From positions 62,001 through 126,000 of the forward strand of contig CBFFRP010000090.1 in the NCBI GenBank assembly GCA_965644295.1: a stretch of DNA of 64,000 bases, read 5' to 3'. The DNA is from Paraphysomonas bandaiensis (lineage: Eukaryota > Protista > Chrysophyceae). The notes under the pieces were generated by a model. It was not told where the DNA came from. It worked only from the letters and a program-made list of their open reading frames with translations, and made no database searches. The first letter of the stretch is position 1, and the number at the start of each line of letters is the position of its first letter. The translations under genes were made by a program, and so were the position numbers. Of the stretch, positions 46,524-60,189 are shown one piece after another.

Positions 46524-46860
46524 CACTCAGGACCTTAATACAGAACCCTGTACCTCAGAGCCTGGCGGAACCTTATCCCAAGGGGAGACCCCCGGACAAC
46601 TCGCGCCAGTGAGTCCTAAGACACACAAGCAGGGCGAAACTCACAAACAACAAGAACGGAAGTGGTTGCACCATGGTGCTTGCGGCGACGCACAAGCAGC
46701 TTCTGTAGCGCTAAATAGTAGGATAATAGAATTTGTGCTGATTAGTTATGGGTAGAGGTCTAACTAGTAGATCTAGCATACCACTGGCCACTATATCGGA
46801 ACGAGTTTTTAACGCCTATTGCTAAATAAAAAGACTTTCAATATAAAGACTTTCAATATA
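46524..46860 (+). mobile_element. 5'-truncated LINE insertion with target-site duplication
   Basis: TATAATATGTACCGCC at 46508-46523 and 46857-46872. The 5' part matches the LINE at about 47200-47270 (reverse complement). The tail ends in a doubled AAGACTTTCAATATA. Confidence 0.85.
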
Positions 46861-46983
46861 ATATGTACCGCCGACTATGGGCTTCGGTTAAATAATCAAT
46901 TTTGTATGTTGGGTAGTCTTGAAGTTAACATATAAGAAGGAAGAGTAAAGAGTATAGTCGAAGATGTAGAAGAATATATTTTT

Positions 46984-48625
46984 ATATATCAAAGTCTTAT
47001 CAAGAGCACTAGGCGTCAAGAATCCGCACCAAAAAAGTAGCTAGATTAAAACTAGTCAACTTCTACAAGTAACTCACTAGTACAAATTTTCATATCCTAC
47101 AATGTAACGCAAGCACCAAAGTGCGACTACTTCCGTTTTTATGTTAGGGAGAAGATCTCTATCGACGTAAGTCCTTGGAGTACAGATGGGTTTAGGCAGG
47201 GGAGGTCCTTGGGGTAGGGCTTTGCAAGGCTTTGGGTAGGCACAGGATTCTGTATTAGGGAGTCGAGTGTTCCTATAGCCTGAGATACGTGGGCGAGGGG
47301 GTAGAAAGAGGCTCCAGTATGCCTGGAGATTTCGCGGACTGCGAGTAGAGCTTGGGCGAAGTAATATAGCTGGCAGCGCCCGCGCTGCGGCATTTCCACT
47401 TGTGCAGGGTTTGTGGGGTTGGTAGACGTGTGGGGTCAGCTATGTCTCCTTGTTGCACCTAGTATGCGACGAACCCGCGGTTTCCTACGTTTCTGCCGGG
47501 TTATAGCGGAAAGTCTATGTGGCCCCTTGGGTGTGGTAACGTAACGGCGACTGCGGTCTTGAATCAATTATTTTGCGGCTGTATATAGAGCGGCTGGAGA
47601 AGATTGGCAACTGCCTTTTCTAGATTACGAAGTCCTCGTGAGCTCAAAGCACAGTTGTATTGTGCGCCAAACACATTCTCCAGCTGGGACTCAGTGATAG
47701 TCCCCGTCCAGAGTCGCTCAACCTGCGATGCTGAGATATTCCAGGCTCCACTGGAGAGTCTCTTGAGAATGGCGCCACGCCAAGTTGTTGGCAGGGTCGG
47801 GTCTCGTTGTAGGTCCCGGAGTCTCTTCTTGTGTCTCTGAAAGGCGGATTCTCATATCTGTGAGATGGAGTCGTGAGAGAGTCAAGTCGAAAACCACAGG
47901 CAGTGCATGTGGCGTTGTTCAGGTCTAGACCATATTTTGTTTTGGACCAATTCTTACCAATGCAGAAGGATTTGTCCCATACCAGGGCTATGTTGAGTAT
48001 GCGCTGTCGCAGGTGTGAACTGTCCTTAACCTTTGTTCTGTGAACAATCTGCCAGAGCCAGTTTATGCGGAAGTAAGGCACCACTCTCTTTCCAGAACCA
48101 GGTGCGCTATCAAGATTATGATCGTAGAGTTGGTCGCGAAGCGCAGCATAATTCACAAGCGTCCATTGGTCACGAAGGGTTGAGAACTCAGTGATCATAT
48201 AGTCTGTGACGTACGTCCGGCGTGTATCAGAAAGACGTCAGTGCCATACTCGGTTTCATGGCTCGGTTTCACTGAAAGTGTAGTTGTGACGGCTTAGCAT
48301 GCGGTCAACCTCTAACCAGCTACCCTGCAACCGCGTCTGCTATGTAAATTCATATGTCCATTCAGCTTCGTCAGTGGTGCGCCTTTCGGGGTGGGAGCGG
48401 ACCCAGCTAATGTTCCTCTTGGTAAACAGCTTAGTTGCCACGATGCTCTCAAGGAAGACCCCTTTGGCACGATGCCCTAGCGCACGTCGTCGTGAGGAGA
48501 GGGCTTCCACAGCTATCATGAATACGGCCTTACAATCAGTATTGGTAGGAATGTGGACGGGTGCTCGTGAGGTGAGTATGAGAGCTATGATAACTGCTAG
48601 TAGTTCTTACGCATATGGGTCAATG
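46984..48625 (-). mobile_element. Decayed non-LTR retrotransposon 3' half with RNase H domain and Cys motif
   Basis: Minus strand reads PYA*ELLAVIIAL...TNTDCKAV...WVRSHPE...(frameshift)IYIADAVAG (RNase H), then CTACG...DS and the family X tail. Confidence 0.75.
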
Positions 48626-49477
48626 CCTTGTATTTGTAGTTTCCATTGGTTTGGCATGTATAGATTTATAGATAATCTAGTTGTCCGTGGAGATAATAGA
48701 TTTAATGGAGCAAACTTAGAATGAACTCGTGCCACTCTTTTTTAAAAGTAACCTTGTATGATATCAAGCATACAGCTGAAAAATTTACAGCAGCGTAGAT
48801 GTATACATTACGTATGGATGATTAGATTACATGAAGAGTTCAATGATTATCTCATTCTCACAAGGTCAATCAGATGACGGAAACTTAATGAAATTAGCAT
48901 ACGTACATATATAAATTTTCTACATGGAGTGTTTTGGTCGACCAGAAATGCAGAAGACGACAGTGATGTTTAGCGATAAGCAGATCACAGACTTATACCA
49001 CTGTCTCGTATAGAATATTCGAGTACTGATTAGTTAAATTCTTTTCAATGCTTTACGTCTTTGCTCTTTACTTCTAGTTTGCAGTTGCAGCAGTAGATTC
49101 TTTGCATATAGACACGTATACGATGCACCTCACAGCATAAATGCATACTCGAAACAAGCCCATGCAATGTGTGTTATTACAGACACGTGAAGAGTATCAG
49201 ATACCCATACCCTGATAGCATTATGCTGCATCTACTAGTCAAGCATATCAATCTCTCCATATCTGACTAGATACCGCCAGGATCTGCCTGATAATCCGGC
49301 AGTTGACACACTGCTCTGTCAGTATACAATACGGACTACAGTCGTATAATATTCAAAACTCATGAAGGCTAAATATCCCTCTATTTTCACATTTCTGTGT
49401 GTAAATCCCACTTTTCTAAGATCTGTACAGCAGTATGTTTCACTTCTCAGTTCCTCTCTATGCATATGTACAGTGTA

Positions 49478-49541
49478 GGTATATATATATGTGTATATGT
49501 GTGTATATGTATATGTGTATGTGTATGTGTATGTATGTATA
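49478..49541. repeat. (TA/TG)-type microsatellite upstream of the TTLL gene
   Basis: gtatatatatatgtgtatatgtgtgtatatgtatatgtgtatgtgtatgtgtatgtatgtat. Confidence 0.85.
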
Positions 49542-49650
49542 CGCTACAACAGAATTAATTTGAACGAGAGTTTCTTCATAGTTACGCATGATGTCATCGA
49601 CGCACCTCATACACCCTCCTGTGTCGACTAACTTGAACTGATCTACATAT

Positions 49651-52600
49651 ATGATGTTTACTGACTCTCCTTCATGTGAGGAAGGGGTGATCTCAGTGAA
49701 AGAATGGTTCTCTAGCTCTCCATTAGAAGAGTTTGAGCTGCATGAGGGGGATATGAGTATGGAGGAATACTGGGCTCAAATGACACTCTCTTATGCAGAA
49801 AATGAGAATGGAAGTTTAGATGAGGATGATGATGAGGAGGATGAGGACAGCAGTGATAATGAAATAGATTTTGGTGATGAGTTTGTTATGCAGCCTCACA
49901 ATGGCGCCATTCTTAGTTTAGCTACTGGTATAAGCGACGATGAGGACGAGGAAGAGGAGGAAGAAACGAGCTCACGTGATGACAAGTCTGATTATTGTGA
50001 TGATAATAGCAGTGGTCATGAGTATGATGATGACGGTGGACATGAAGGGTTGTTCGACAAGTATATGACTAGTCCGAGACCTACGGATGCCTCAGTCAAC
50101 AAATCTACTCGTGATGAGCAAAATTTCTTTGGTCAAGGGATAGAAAATGAAGATAGCGACGAGGATGGGGTGACTGCCGACCTTTTAGGTGTATTGGGTG
50201 ATGGTGCACAGTCACAACATGACCAAACGAGTACTCCAATGTCGGAGCATAGTCATAAATCATCTCCTCAAAAGTCCCTCTCAATTGCGCAGAATAATGG
50301 TAATAATAGTAAATCGAATCCATATGAAGGCCAAAAACGCCCTGTTGCACAATCGAGAGGAAAGAATGGGGTTACAGAACGCAAGAGTGAACGTAAGGCA
50401 CTGGTAAAGAGACACAGAGCTGCTCATGACGCGGAGAAGAAACACAAAGTACGGCGACACGTTTACTCATACAACGTCATCATATGTTTGTGTATAGATG
50501 TGGCTTCTTGAGATGGTTGAGAAGAAACGGCAAGAGGAAGCTGAGTTAATGGACAAAGTGCGGAAGGCAGAACTGAAGCGAAAGAAGTTCAAGGAGGTGC
50601 GTCTTGTTTCATCGAGTTGTGTATGTAATTATTCGCATACACTATAAGTATATGAACTTGAAGTACAATGTACCTTCATTGACGCTATCCATGTAGGCTC
50701 TACTTGAAAGGGCTCGTGCCAAGCAGCAGGCGCAGCAGGAGGTAGACAATCAGGCACATGAACAGGAAGTTTCTAAACCAACGAAGAAGGTAATGAAAGT
50801 AATCAGATTTATTCCCCAGTATTTCATGTATAAATGTCAAAATCACTTATCGTACTACACTATTTCTGAGTAGTTTTATTTGTGTGCAATGTTGGTTGCG
50901 GTGTACGACCTCTGGCGTTGATACTTCACGCGGTAGTCTCATATATTGTACAGAAAGTTAAAAGACAACCTGCAGTCGATAGCAGCTGCGCAGTGCCAGG
51001 CAAAAAGAAAGATGATGGAGGTGTTGAGGATGGAGATGAGGAGGCCCTTTTGAAGGAGGAGGCGGAAGCTAGAAAGCAGGTGATGCTGCATTCGTACCTC
51101 GGAGTTTATATGAGTGATGTCAACTGGTACTCAGATGGAGGAAGCCATCAGGATACGGAAGAAGTTTAAGCGACAACAGAAGAAGATTCTGCAATCTCTT
51201 AAGCAGAAAAAAATAGAGGAAGAGAAGAAGGTGCGTTTTCCGTCATGTAATGTTGCCAGTATTTGCTTTTGTGTTGCTTTATCATTCGAATCTTAGATAA
51301 TGGAAGCTATGGAGAACGATGAGCGGGTTAAGGAACGATTGAGGAAGAGGTGGGGTTGGATAATTAACCTAGCTGTGTGACTTCTACTTATATCACACAA
51401 ATGACTTGTGACGTTAGAAACTAATATTTATGCCACAGAAACGAAAAACTGCTTCGAAAACGAGAGGTTAAAGTTGGCACAAAGCCAGGGGGAGAGGGAG
51501 AAGAAGGACAAGACTGGGCAGCAGGTGTACATGAAGTGTGTTTTAGTAACGACTTGGTATCTTCAAGTATATGCGCATTCTGCAGTGAATAGTAATAGGA
51601 GTATATAGTTAGGGATGATAGTGTTTTTGGATGCTGAAGCCATAGCGGATGCCATAGTGGATGTTGTTATTATTACCACGTATTGATAGAAATTGTTGAT
51701 TGTTTCAGGAAGTGGTGTGTCTGCTGTCCGCGCCTCTCGATCTCAAGGAGACCCAGCTGTCCCTATTACTGCGACGGAGTCTGAGTCATCGCACCCAGAG
51801 CGGGTAGGAAAAGTTACCCGTCGTTCTCGCAGTGTCAGTGCCGCAGATCGCTCTGCTGGTGCTACCGAAAGCAGCTATGGGGAAGAATCAGCTAAGCCGC
51901 GCAAACCCCGTAAAATGGCTTCCTCGTCCATGGCTGATGAAATATGCCGAGAGGGCGCGCAAGAAGATGATGGAAAGGATGAGAATGCCGATGAGGTAGC
52001 TGCTAAGGAGCGACGTAAGTTGGAAGCTAAGAGACGTCAAGAGAAGGTGGCCGCCCAATTGAAAGCCCTATCAGAGCAACGCCAAATGGCTGCCCTTAAG
52101 GCAAAAAGGCAAGAGGATAGAGCTAAGAAACGCGCCGATCTTCTTTCTGCCCGTGTTCAAATGGAGTTTTCCGAACGGAAGCTTATGGCGAAAGAAGATA
52201 AGTATGCGAATCCTGGCTGCCTGGGGGAAATGATGCTAACTAAACCAGAGGCTACTGATGCCGAGGCTCCGAAAAAGAAAGTCACCCCGGAAATGGCTGA
52301 AGCAATGTTTAACCGACTTCAGGCACGCCAGGCCAAGTCTAAGGAATGTGCAGACGCAAGAGCGAACTCTATGCCACAAGCACGTGATTTTGCAGACTGG
52401 AAGAAAAAAAATGCCGTACCCTCCGATGCAAAGGTGTTCTGTATGACGGGTTGGTACCCCTGTGTAAAGTCAGCTCTCCTTCAACGAGGGTGGTACTTTA
52501 ACCCTGATCATACCTCTCCTTACTGTGACCTGAAATGGACATTGCGCTCATCGGATGTAACAGCTGAAACTCTTCAACCGTGGCAGCTAACCAATCACTT

Positions 52601-55001
52601 CATGAAGAATATCGCACTAACAACAAAGATTGGTCTCCTGAAAAGCCTCCAACAGCTGGTGTGGATAGCTGATGCTACGGCGAATGATATAATCCCTCGC
52701 GGTTATGATTTGACTAATGCCATTGAAATTCAGGAGTATATCGATGACTTCCGTATTCAGCAGGCGGAATGTATCTTGAAAAAGCTCTATCACACTGCAA
52801 CGGGGCTGGATAAGCCTAAATCTTTTAAGAAACATGTCCCAATGACGCCACGGACTTCTCCCAGGGAGGCAGAGGGCGGAAATGGGAGTCAAACTCCCCA
52901 AAGAAAGGATGAAGATGTGGAAATTATTGCGGAAGTTCCCGAGCCGATTGTCGATGTAAATAAGTTACTTGTCAATCGAGCGGTGTTTTCGGCTTGTTGT
53001 GCAATTCTGGAGCGGTTTTTGAAACCATACTATTCTGATTGTATTGACAACGAACCGCAGTACGACGACAACTATGCTGTGAGCGCCTTGGAATGGGAGT
53101 TGATTAGCGAATACGACATTTCATCGACCCACATACTTCCTGAGAATGCGCCAGAGCCGATCGATGATTTTATACAGGATAAGAACGATGGCACGGATCC
53201 TGGCTCTCCGTTGAACACAGCTAAGCAAAGACAAGCCGTAGCACTGGCTAATAGGAACAGTAGACTTCAAAAGAAGCACGAAATGAAGGCAAGACAAGAG
53301 GCGTCCAATCATATCAAGGAACTTGTGCCTCTAGGTGAAGATGGACTCCGCACGGTGCATGAATTACTTAGTAAATGCAATATTATCAATTATAACCAGA
53401 CGAGCTTGAATGGGAAGGGAGCGAGCGCAATGAATATGTGGATTGTAAAACCTGCTGCCAAGAGTAGGGGGAGAGGCATTACAACTTTCTGTGATCTGAA
53501 AAAGCTTCTGGATTATGTGGAGCTAGGGCGAAACGGGAAGTCTTGCCTGACTTCATCGCACTGGATTGTGCAAAAATATATGGAAAATTCGATGATAATT
53601 GCTAATAGAAAGTTCGACTTACGCCAGTGGGTACTAGTATACGACTGGAACCCACTCACGATATACTTCTTCGATGAGTTTTACGCAAGGTTCAGCGTAG
53701 ACGAGTACTCTACGAGCGAGGAAACGATGGATAATGCTCATGTGCACCTCGTTAATAATTCTATCGGTAAGACTAGCGAAAAATACCACGAGAAGTGCGT
53801 AACAGATAATGGGGAGGTACTCGATGGGTTCATGCTGTCACATGAGCAGTTTTGCTCCTATCTTGAGTTCAAGTCAGGCGACCCTGGTATAGTATCGAAT
53901 CTCAAAAGTCGCATGAAAGATATGGCTGTGTGGAGCTTAATGTGTGGTTCTGATGCTATTGAGCACCGCAAAAATTCCTGGGAGCTCTATGGGTTCGATT
54001 TTATGGTGGACGACGAGTTTAATCCTTGGTTAATTGAGATAAATTCATCCCCTGCCTGTGACTACAGTACGAAGGTGACGGAGCGGTATGTCCAGAAAGC
54101 TCTTGTTGAGTTGCTGTCAGTTGTTTTAGACGTTAGGGAGTGGGAAAATACACCCAAAAAAGTAAGGGGAGAGAAGCCTGATACTGGTGGGTGGGAGTGT
54201 ATATATACTGGTCCGTACCTGGAGACCCCTGCCTCCTCTTTTGGAACCGATATGTCTGTTAAGGGAGAGGCAATGAAGGTCCCTAGAAAGAAAGCACCAA
54301 TGTACACTACTACTCTGTTCAGTGGAAAACAACTGGGGTCTTCTCCTCCTAGAGAAAAGAAGGAAGCCGGATATTCCAAGGCCGTGGAATCGAAGAAATC
54401 CATCCCTTCTGAGTGCACTAGTAAGAGAGCCGCGTCTACGAGCAATACGTTTGTGAAATATGACCCGAATGAGTGTAGTGATTCTGAGGAGGAAAGCGGC
54501 AGCCCTGGGCCTGTTAAACTGAAGCCTTCTCCGGAGCGTGCACGAAACTCTACTGCTAGTAAATCTGGCAAGCGCCCAGAGCATCTTCCTCGCGCCTCTG
54601 AGAAATCTCTAAGTGGTAGTAGAAATGCAGAGAGAGGCGACACCGTACACAGCTCTATTTTGCCTCCCAGTCAAGTTCGTGCTGCTGCTCTTTCTACCAT
54701 CGGAGGTGAGACAGAAGTCGAGCCTGTACGCTCTGTAAATAGTACCCGTGGGTCCTTTGTAAGCAGCCGTGGCACTGACAGTGGAACGGTTGCAATGCTA
54801 AACGATAGCGACAGTGACGATGAGGGACAGCCGGTTGGGGCAGCTAAAATAGCTCCAGAGACTGCTACAGTTGCTGCGGTCACTCAGCCGAAGAAAATGT
54901 CTATCAAAAGTCGCGCTAAATCGGGTGTGCCGTCAGATAGCTGTTCAAATAATGCCAGTGGTGCACCGATTCCAATAAAAACTCTGACTCTCGATTTCTA
55001 A
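49651..55001 (+). CDS. TTLL3: Tubulin glycylase of the TTLL3/TTLL8 subfamily, multi-exon, with long acidic and coiled-coil N-terminus
   Basis: LLQRGW, QLTNHF...LTTKIGL, WIVKPAAKSRGRGI, VQKYME...KFDLRQWVLV.DWNPLTIYFF, ELYGFDFMVD...WLIEINSSP. Linkage of the 5' exons (49651 to ~51550) is inferred from splice sites. Confidence 0.85.
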
Positions 55002-55709
55002 TTGTGCATTGCCATATGTAGGTGTAAATATAAGTTGTGCATGTCTCATTTATATATAACGATGCTCTATCACGTAATGAACTTAAAATTCTTTATTGTA
55101 CTGGTATGGGCTGTGTTCTATTACATATGAGCTAGGGGGCACCGCATATGCAATGTGTTACGCGTTACGGTTACGCAGATAGTAAGTACTTGTGACTAAC
55201 ACTACTTTCATTTCTCTAGGCGTAATACAATTAAAAGCAGCAAGAAAATAGAAGTAACTGCACACTATAGTTATAGTTTATTTGTCGGTGTAAAGAATGT
55301 GAAAATCATTCCCCCCCGCATAACCTATATTTATTTCACTCTTGCATTCAACATTTGGTGTCTATGTGTCTATACCGATTTACATCAATCAATAAAGTGT
55401 TGTATAGAGCATTGAATCATGAGTATGATGTTTCATTATACGAAATGCTTTCATCATCATTTATACATTATTACAAACTAGAGCCTTCAAGAATGACTGT
55501 AGGTTTTGTGAAGCGCATCGACGTTGGTTCATATATTGCATCACTCTTGAACTTGGGATCCACATTCAAGACTAGCACAATGTTAATATCATTCTAAAGT
55601 ACCACTCTACAAAATTACTTCAAGACCTTGATAACTATTACTGTGGGGCAATTACAGACCAGTAAATATAACTACATATTAATGGGCCAATTGCACAAAA
55701 TCCCCTATA

Positions 55710-57569
55710 CTACCCTATAGATCTGCTTGATTCCATGCGCTTTACTGTGCGCAAGTACTTATGCATGTCTTCAAGGTCCACTCTTCCAACATCTTGGTAA
55801 AGTGGTCCGGTTCCTTTGAAGTCCAAGCTTTTCACCCTATTCCATGTATGATAAATTAGACATTAAATATATTTCATCATTAGGCTACACTCACTTTGAG
55901 GCTACTCTCGCGTTTAGACTCTTAGCTTCACGAGCTGCCTTTGAGACACTGGCGATGACATTAAATTCTGTATTGCTCTTCGAGCTAGGAGGTATGAACT
56001 TTTTAGGAGGACAAGATGTACAATGTGAAGAGTTATTCGCAGCAACAACTGAGGTGGCTGCTGCAGTTGCAGCCATTCGTGCGGCGGCCTCAATCAGAGA
56101 AGAATCGTACAACCTAGGGGGAGAGGCCGATGCTGCTTTCTTTCCTCTCCTCCTGCGCCTAACTGGAGTATTGCTTCGTCGTCTACGGGGCGATGAATCG
56201 ATATACGGGGAGGTATACCTTCTACCAGTTAGCCGGTTAACCGATCGCGACACTTCCAAAGCCTTACTGGCTCCAATGGACTCGGCGTTGTCGAGTATAT
56301 ATTTAACTTCACGTTCGCGATTCTTCAATTGATTTTCCAGTTTTTTCTCAGCAATTCGTGTTGCACGATTATCTGTGTCTTCTCTTGCCTTTATAGCTTC
56401 GCAAAGATCGCCATTGACCTGAAAAATTAACACCTTAGCGTGTACCCAACATATCGACCGATATTATACACTACAATCTAATCTCATACTAAGTGCACTA
56501 CAATACCATACCAATCTTTGGATACGGGAACACTTACTTGGAGTATAATTTCCATGTATTTTTGAAGCGCCGCTAGACGGATATCTGCTTTCACAATCAT
56601 TATCTTTTCTTTTTCGTGAAGCTCCATAACTTCATGCAAGCGCTCTCTTAAAAGTTGCTCTTCAGCTGCTGCATCGGTATTGAGTCGCTTCTCCATACTA
56701 TCCCCCCTGGTTGTGGAGGCTACCAATTCGCTTTTGAGAGTACCCACCCTTTCACGTGCCAGGTCAATGTCATGCTCCAAACGTCGATTGTCGTTTGTTA
56801 GAATAGATTTCTTAGCAGAAAGGTGTTTAACTTGGTGTTCCAATGAGGAATGTGTTTCATTGCATTTTGATAACTTTTTACGAAGCTGGGCATGGCTATC
56901 CATCAATTCCTCTGTAGATGCTTTGATGGAAAGGTAGTGATCATTTACTCGCAGCTCCTGCTTATTACGTGCTAGGGCTTGGGACCGTCTGGCCTCAACA
57001 AGCTCTTGCCTTAGCTCATCCCTAATTCGGACCGCGGATGCTCGCTCAGTTTCAACACTTTTTGCCTTGCTCTGTAACTCCCTAAAGGCAGTAATGACAC
57101 TATTAGCAGAGTGTTTAGCCTCCAAAATTAAGACACTATCCGGGGTCCGCGGAGAGGCGGATGTACGTATAGTAGATGAAGTTGTGTAGTCTGTGCGAGG
57201 AGTCGTGAACGGAGTTTCACTCCGTATGGATGATCGTGGGGTGTATAGATGAGACAAGGAGCTGTTAGTATCATGTATAGTGGACTGATATTTTCTGTTG
57301 CTGGCAGTTGTTTCTTCTGAGAAGCGAATGTGTCCTTTCGAGCTCTTTGGAGTGCGCTGAATATCAGAGTTGTCGTGATGAGTGGAGCTGTGCTGTGTAT
57401 GTCCGCATATCGAGCAAATAGATGAGTCTCCTTCTTGTCTGTATATATCACTCTGTTTATCTGCCGATCTGTTCTGCGACTCTCTTATGATGCGATCCAT
57501 CTCTATGGATGCATCTTTATATGTCCAGGCTGTTGTAGGGGTTGACATGATTGGAGAGGCTACAGACAC
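55710..57569 (-). CDS. Coiled-coil protein with CEP57/translokin-like N-terminal motif (3 exons)
   Basis: SVITAFRELQSKAKSVETER resembles CEP57 AxxxALxxLQxKIxxLExER. Exons 57569 to ~56538, ~56419 to 55895, and ~55837 to 55710 (stop TAG). Confidence 0.5.
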
Positions 57570-58050
57570 ATCACTTGGACATCATTGCAGGGGCAGATAG
57601 ATTCACGGGTGATGGGTGTATATATTCCCGCCTCTATCTGATGTGTGTATGTATGTGTGGGTGTGTATGGGGGTTATTTTGGTAGTTGGGCGGATTTTTT
57701 TGGCGATATGAAGATATACACACACACTCCTGTATGTATACTGCTCTACATGCTGTACATGTACGTATCGTAGTATGTACGTATGTGTGTGGTGCATTGC
57801 TGTATGAATTCCTACCATGTGGCATGCGGACGTCATGTATATAGCGAATACTGCTGTAGTACACTGGTTCGACTGGTGTAGATCGCATGTACTGCTATAT
57901 CTGTACTCTGCTACTGTGTATATGTATACATGGAGTGGACTGTGTAAGTACTCTGCTGGCAGTGTGTCTGCAGTGATGTTAAACCATGAGACACACTCTG
58001 CTATCACGACAATATATTGATGTCACCTGGACTCAATTGACTCAGTAATA

Positions 58051-59622
58051 ATGTCTCACTTATTATCTCTTTCTCTTATAGTGTTTGTGGGGTTGAGTGC
58101 AGCGTGTGAGGATAGCAATGCACTGCACGATCCTCATCGCTGTCGTATGGTCTCAACATCAGAGTTTGTCTATAATTTAGAGGTAGAAAACATGCTCGAG
58201 GGCTTTGATGATACGATCATAATGAAATACGACTTTGAGATGGACCCTAAAATGAAAAATGAAATCAATGAGTGGAATGGTGGACTGGATGTGTATTTGA
58301 AATCCGCTTATGACTACACGAGATGGGATGGTCCGCTCGGAATGTATGTGAATCTTATGTGTATGCTTATATCGATGTATTCTTAGTATGGTAATGTCAG
58401 ATATGGTCCTCTAGGGCCGTACGGTCCTCTTGGCGCTTACGGTGCTGTCCCGAATCGATACAAGGGCAGCGTTCCACCAAACGATGAGGTATATTCTGTT
58501 ATCTGTATCAGATGTTATCTCAGTGCTTATTATAGAGGACTTACTGGAACAATTGGTGCCCAGTACCCTCGAGTGAGAACGATAAGGAGTGTGTGTATGG
58601 GTCTTTCGGGCCACTTGGGGAGTCTGGACCCTTGAATCTTTTTGCGTATTACAATACCATGTATCATCTACAGGAGAATGTTACATGGTATGGAGATTAC
58701 ACTATAAATTTAGATGCCGCAGGAGTGTGGGGGGTCCAGGGGTGAGAAAATTCTCTGTCACTGTCCTGTACTAATTCAGCTATGCAGCCCTCTTGGAGCT
58801 CTGGGATCATTGGGAGTTCTTGGACCAGTAGGCCCGCTTGGAATATCTCTACAATATGGTATATCTACTACTCTGAATGGCTCCTACACGACAAGTGACA
58901 TCCCTCCCACACAAGGTGAAAATAGTGTATTTGAATTGAGGGAAACCAGCCCCGTAAGGTACACTCATAATGCATCAGTATACCGGGTATACGATTTATT
59001 CGAGGTATACTCCCGATTGTATGCGTTGGAAAAGGAGTTAGACACTTCCTTTGCTGTGGATGCATCTCATGCACTAAAAGATGCTCAGCAAAGTTCTAGC
59101 AGCGTTAGCGTGTCGGATTTGTACACTTTTCGATCAAAACACGATCAATTTATCAGTATCAACATCGTTGCCTTTGGGGATAACTCCAGCGGACATGAGC
59201 TGTATGAAACATTCAAAGACCTATACGCCCAAAAGGACTACACTTCTGCAAGAAAACACAAAAACCACTGGGATGAGTTGCGAATGAGTGTAGGCTTGGT
59301 ATGTAACGGGAGTACAATTGCAGAAGCATCTTGTAAAATATCAGCATACAATCCTCAGCACTGTTTGATGCCTTATATAACAACTAGGCTCAAGTCCAAT
59401 GAGACATGCACCATTTCTACGTCGTTTGAGGCCCCCATGAACGACGAGTGTTGTGTTGATTGTTGGACTGGGTATTATCTCTATGTGACTGGATCGGGAC
59501 TGAGTGTTATATCCAGTGATTCACGGAATAATAACCCCGATCTATGGGGGCCACGTCTTCAGTCCAATGGTCAATACGGTTTTAATATCAATGGTGCGCA
59601 TCAGAGTTGGTCTCCTTTTTAG
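58051..59622 (+). CDS. Secreted protein with short Gly-Pro-Leu (G-X-Y) triplet runs, multi-exon
   Basis: Signal peptide MSHLLSLSLIVFVGLSAAC. Triplet runs GPLGPYGPLGAYG, GPLGESGPL and SPLGALGSLGVLGPVGPLG, then a globular C-terminal region. Confidence 0.6.
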
Positions 59623-59862
59623 GAAGGCATCGTTGATACGCGAAGCGAGCATATGATCAGCCGGAACTTTGGGCTTAAGTGGTTGAATGGTAACCAATTT
59701 TATTTTTTACTTATAAACAGACTGTCGTGATCACATATGGATTTTTATTACTCTTCAATAAATGTTTCTTTTTTATAGTACAATGATATTGTGTGCGTTA
59801 TGTGAAATTATTGTAATGTGGGATAAGTCATGTTGAATGGGAAATATTATTCAACCTAGTCT

Positions 59863-59939
59863 AATTGGTGTAAATACCTAGTCGATGTAATAAATGGTTC
59901 AAATTGGTGTTAATGCCTAGTCGATGTATAAATGGTTCA
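59863..59939. repeat. Two tandem copies of a ~39-bp unit
   Basis: aattggtgt(a/t)aat(a/g)cctagtcgatgta(a)taaatggttca occurs twice. The flank resembles 15980-16045. Confidence 0.7.
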
Positions 59940-60189
59940 ATTTAGCCCGTTTTAGTGTTACAACGTTCTATGTTTTATATCCATTAAAAACAGTAGTATT
60001 GGTTCCCTAGCCCTGGTGTGGTCAATGAAGCTGTTGACACAACTCCATGAATCATGAATCTGCAGGACACCTCTAGATCTTCATATGCTATGAGTCTATG
60101 AGTGACAGAGCTCTATCAGGTCTCCAAGAAAACGTGACCGGCCTCATCGACGAATTCATCGATGACAAGGTGCTTAAGCCAAGTGACTG

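Noticed and set aside
49478-49541. Telomere-like repeat
   Set aside because: Irregular TA/TG microsatellite, internal, and not a TTAGGG-type unit.
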